Assembly (NCBI RefSeq): GCF_048593235.1
Contig: NC_133620.1
Coordinates: 292,593,765 to 292,657,764 of the forward strand
Direction: 5' to 3'
Length of the DNA: 64,000 nucleotides
Origin: Sminthopsis crassicaudata
Lineage: Eukaryota
Below are positions 60,201 through 64,000 of this stretch, one piece after another. Within the stretch, counting starts at the first letter, position 1, and each line of letters opens with the position of its first letter. The notes below the pieces were generated by a model. That model was not told the DNA's origin and ran no database searches. It saw only the letters and a program-made list of their open reading frames with translations. A program made the position numbers and the translations under genes.

Positions 60201-62931
60201 CCCACCTCACATCTACCTCCCAACAATAAGAATCTTGTTAGTGAGTAAAAGACTGTGAATGAATGAATTCATTGCTATCAGTAGCAATTTTAGATCCCCA
60301 TTATCATCATTTAGGACCATGATATTTTAAAGCCAAAAGGAAACGAAAAGGTTACCTTCATTTCTACACATGACAAAACTGAGTCCCTGAAAGTGGGAAG
60401 TGATTCGTCCAACACTGTAAAGACAGAAGATGCCAGGCCTAGGAATTTAATCTGGGTTTTCAGCCTCTGGTTCCAGGGCCCTTTACATTATAATGGACCT
60501 TGCTATTTTATGAGCATGTAATCATGTGTAGAAAGTCCTGAATTTTGGCAAGTACAAAAGAGCAAGATTAGCAAGATAGTTTCTGCCTTCATGAAGCCCT
60601 CAAGCAAATGAGGATGATGGAACATCAAAACTTAAAAGAATATAGAACAATTAAACTATATGTGAATAATACATACTTGTTAATTCTCATTAACCTGTTA
60701 TTTAAAATGGCACAAATACATTTTCTATAAATTTGTTAGTTGTTAATTGTTAGATGCTGTTTTCAAAAGCATCACTTTACATATAATTGATAAAAAATTT
60801 TCTAAGATTCATTAAAGCAAATTTGAAAAGACTTGTGAAGGCTTTCTGAGTGTAGTTCCTGATAAAAGCAACTTGTATGGATATAGCACTTTAAAGTTTT
60901 ACAAAGTATGATTTTTCTACAACAGTCCTTTGAGTTAAGTAGGTAGTGAAAACATATTCCCATTTTACAAACGAACACTCAGAAAGCTTAAATGTCTAGC
61001 CTAAGGTCACACAGCTTAGTGCTAAGTGCTAAAGTCAGGATCTGAAATCAGGTTTCTTCACTCCACCCAAGCAAAAATAAATTTTGAAAGCCTAGAGAGG
61101 GTGAGTGGGTAGCTTGATATAGACTAAAAAAGCCAAGACCAGAATCAGTCTTAAAAACCCAATCAGTATTCCACTACACCAACCCATCCTAGGCAGGCAG
61201 AATAAATAGTATAGTTATTTATAAGGGTCTGATTTTAGATGTGGGGAAAGCTGGAGGTGAGGAGAGTGAAGAGGAAGTCACACCTTGAGCATCTCAAAAC
61301 CTGACTGTAGGCACTTGCCCTCTATCTCAGCAGCAAGGCGGGCAAGGTCTCGACGTTGTTCCCCAAGTTGTGCAGCATTTTCCCTAAGCCTCTGCAGGAT
61401 GTCTTGTTCCTCTTCCTCCAGTCGAGAAAGCAGAAGCTGCTGCTCTTCTTCTAGTCGTCTATGTAATTCCTCAAACTCTCCAGCAATTTGCTGCCGCCTA
61501 CTCTCCACTCGACGCTAAGAAAAGAGAAGGATATATGTCAATAGGGTCAAATGGGAATGCTGTAGCTCAACCCCCAAGCCACCACTTAAATGAATTAACA
61601 CAGGTTAAATCCCATTATAAGGAACTGAAGGATACCCATTTTCATGATAACAATTTCTTTTGTAATGAGTACATTTGCAGGAAATAATATTCCAAACTTA
61701 TAGAGGTTGAGTTCTACAGGTCTTTGATAGGGTTAAGAGTTAGCAATTGGGAAAAAAAAAAAAAAAAAAAAAAAGTGCTCAAAACACCATAAGAGAAAAG
61801 GGGAAAACCCCCAAAGCAAATTTTCATTCACTTTCAAGGAGGTGGCATGCACACACCTTCACCCCATCCCTTCACTCCTCCAAGTTCCTATATCTTTCTG
61901 AGTCTGCTGTTTGGTTTTGCAGGGTTGTTTGAGAATTTAAGATGTTTGAAGAAGGGAGTTGCTTGAATTCCTCTGCTTAATTTTCCACTCTTCTTCCCCT
62001 TTACACTTTTACAGTATATTAGCAAGTGAGATGTTCTCTGTAAGTATAGTTGAGAAATATTTTGCAAACAACATACAATTAAAACTTCTCAGAATAGAGT
62101 GACTAGAGTTGACAGACTAAAGGAGCTATTAGCTTTAGTGGATTAGTGGTAAGGGAGCGGTGAACATCCGAAAAAAATAAAATACAATTTGTGATTTTTA
62201 ACAATTTATTTTCTTGATTTAAAAGTTTTGAAAATTTAATTGGCTTCATTAAAAAACTTCGTTATGAATGAAAATCTACATAAAGTAGTTTTAATGTAAC
62301 ATATTAAAGTTAAAAGGTATCATGATATTGGCTATAATAAATTTCAAGGCTATAGGCTCTGCTGCTATTCACCTTAAATATTTTTAAAATATATTTATTT
62401 ATTTATTTGTTTTGCTGAGGCAATTGGGGCTAGTGACTTGCCCAGGGCCACACAGATAGGAAGTGTTAAGTGTCAAGTGTCTGAGGTCACATTTGAACTC
62501 AGGTCCCCCTGACTTTAGGGTTGGTGCTCTATCCATTGTGCCACCTAGCTGCCCCAATTTTTTTTAAAGAAAGTTGGGTTATGTCTTGTGAATTGTACCT
62601 AGTGGGTGCTTAGTTAATATTGATACATTCATCCATTGCATTAACAAACTGGGTTTAGCAATTGCAAAAGCTAAATATACAGATCTTCATAAAAATATTT
62701 TTATCATGATAAAGTTTATATTTTAATGGTACTCTTGTAATGGGATTTGACCTGTAGTAGCCTTTAGTTATATCTATAAGGATCATACCCACAGCATAGC
62801 TCTAATTAAACTCTCTCCCTCCCAAGTATTTTCACCTTGAGTTCCCCAGGTTTCTTCTCTTCAGATGACTTGCACTGGGTGATCTCCTGCAGTTTCTGCT
62901 CCAGAGGCTCCAGACACTTTTGCAGTTTCTC
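57249..62931 (-). CDS. TRIM39: E3 ubiquitin ligase TRIM39: coiled-coil, linker and PRY/SPRY exons; RING/B-box exon lies beyond 64000
   Basis: Exons 62836-62931 (96 nt), 61284-61514 (231), 58903-58925 (23), 58304-58419 (116), 57249-57796 (548, TGA). This is the classic TRIM 96/231/23 exon pattern. Motifs LDPETAHPNL and GRHYWEVEVG; C-terminus RKNAAPLTIRPPTDWE matches recalled human TRIM39. Confidence 0.96.
62395..62555 (-). mobile_element. WSINE1-like CORE-SINE in TRIM39 intron
   Basis: Same family; T-rich tail and CCACCTAGCTGCCCC head. Confidence 0.8.
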
Positions 62932-63612
62932 CTGAGATGAAGGGATTGTGAAAGGTGATGGGGGCTGGCTGTCACCATCACCAGCCCAATCCTTCAAACT
63001 CACATTTCTTTGCTGATTTTCTCATTTCAACCACTATACCACATCACACTTGAAATCATTCATTCAGCATCCCACCACCAACCAGTGGTTATACATAATT
63101 CATATCCAATCTTCTGCTTAATAAATCTCACTTATCTAATTGCTACCCTAAACTCAAAGTCCACCACCAAACTTTTTCATCTCCTATTCAACTAGATATA
63201 GCTGCTAGGATTCACTGGTCATTACTAATATTTCTCCTGCTCCCTCCTCCCTCCTATTACCCCTCCCCCAATTTAAACTAAGGAATATATTCCTTTTCCA
63301 TTTGTCCATTCATCTTATTGTCCCCTCTGTCTATTATTAAACATAGTTATTACTCACATGAATTAACTCAAATCTTGTATCTAAGTTAGGAACATAAATA
63401 ATTCAGCAAAGTAGGTGATAAAAACAATGTTTCTATATTATTCTCTATTTACTATTAAACATTTCCTTCTGCAGTCCAGAAGGAAACCTTGTAATTTAAA
63501 TAAACTCCTTCTCATTCGGAGAAACATATGCAAACACCAAAAGAAATTCAACTTGAAGTTGGTGCTCCATCAGTCTAAAAGATATGAAGCTATATGTTCC
63601 CAGGCAAGGGAG

Positions 63613-63615
<3 letters not shown>

Positions 63616-63657
<42 letters not shown>

Positions 63658-63662
63658 TGTGT
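63616..63662. repeat. (GT)n microsatellite, ~23 units with one interruption
   Basis: Direct reading. Confidence 0.95.
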
Positions 63663-64000
63663 AGAAAGGAGTCAGGGAAAGCCAGATCATTGTCCAGTTT
63701 CTCCCAATCAGGACTTCTCAAAATGATGTCATTTATTTGTGCAAAATACTGTAAATTCCCAGATCAGACACACCAAAATTCACACATAAGGCCCCAAAAT
63801 GTGCTGCAAAGTCAAAAATAAATGATTTTTGGATAATCCTCACCACTGTTTGCTTCCATTCGCGTGGATAATTGAGATGACTGGACGTACTGAGCGTCCC
63901 CTGTGTGTGTAGCTCTGGGAGGTTTACAGAATGTGGACCAGATGCAGTCTTGCCCTCAAGGAGCTTACAATCCTCTACCCAATGGAGTCTCCCATCCTCT

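Overview
Mammalian genomic DNA, very probably marsupial and dasyurid-like (inferred from WSINE1-type CORE-SINEs and marsupial L1 3' ends). It is the MHC class I 'framework' segment, in the order ABCF1(-, exons 1-18, 3' part leaves the window) < PRR3(-, complete) <> GNL1(+, complete; head-to-head with PRR3) ... ~32 kb repeat-rich gap ... RPP21(-, complete) < TRIM39(-, last 5 exons). All exons were located by hand from GT-AG sites, reading-frame continuity and recalled human orthologue sequences. No MHC class I exons are recognisable in the GNL1-RPP21 gap, where HLA-E lies in human. The gap instead holds L1, L2 and SINE fragments, solo-LTR candidates, an env-less and internally deleted betaretrovirus-like ERV with a 3' LTR, and an unidentified polyadenylated retrocopy. 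The most striking observation is that the first coding exons of the neighbouring, otherwise unrelated genes ABCF1 and PRR3 have the same length (73 nt) and phase and align without gaps at 14/24 aa and 51/73 nt identity, suggesting one was built from a duplicate of the other's promoter and exon 1. Other points: RPP21 has a frameshift-truncated C-terminal tail, the miR-877 mirtron intron is expanded, the PRR3 CCCH finger has C-x7-C spacing, and an in-frame TRIM39-RPP21 read-through is possible. Repeat boundaries are approximate, and no database searches were run.
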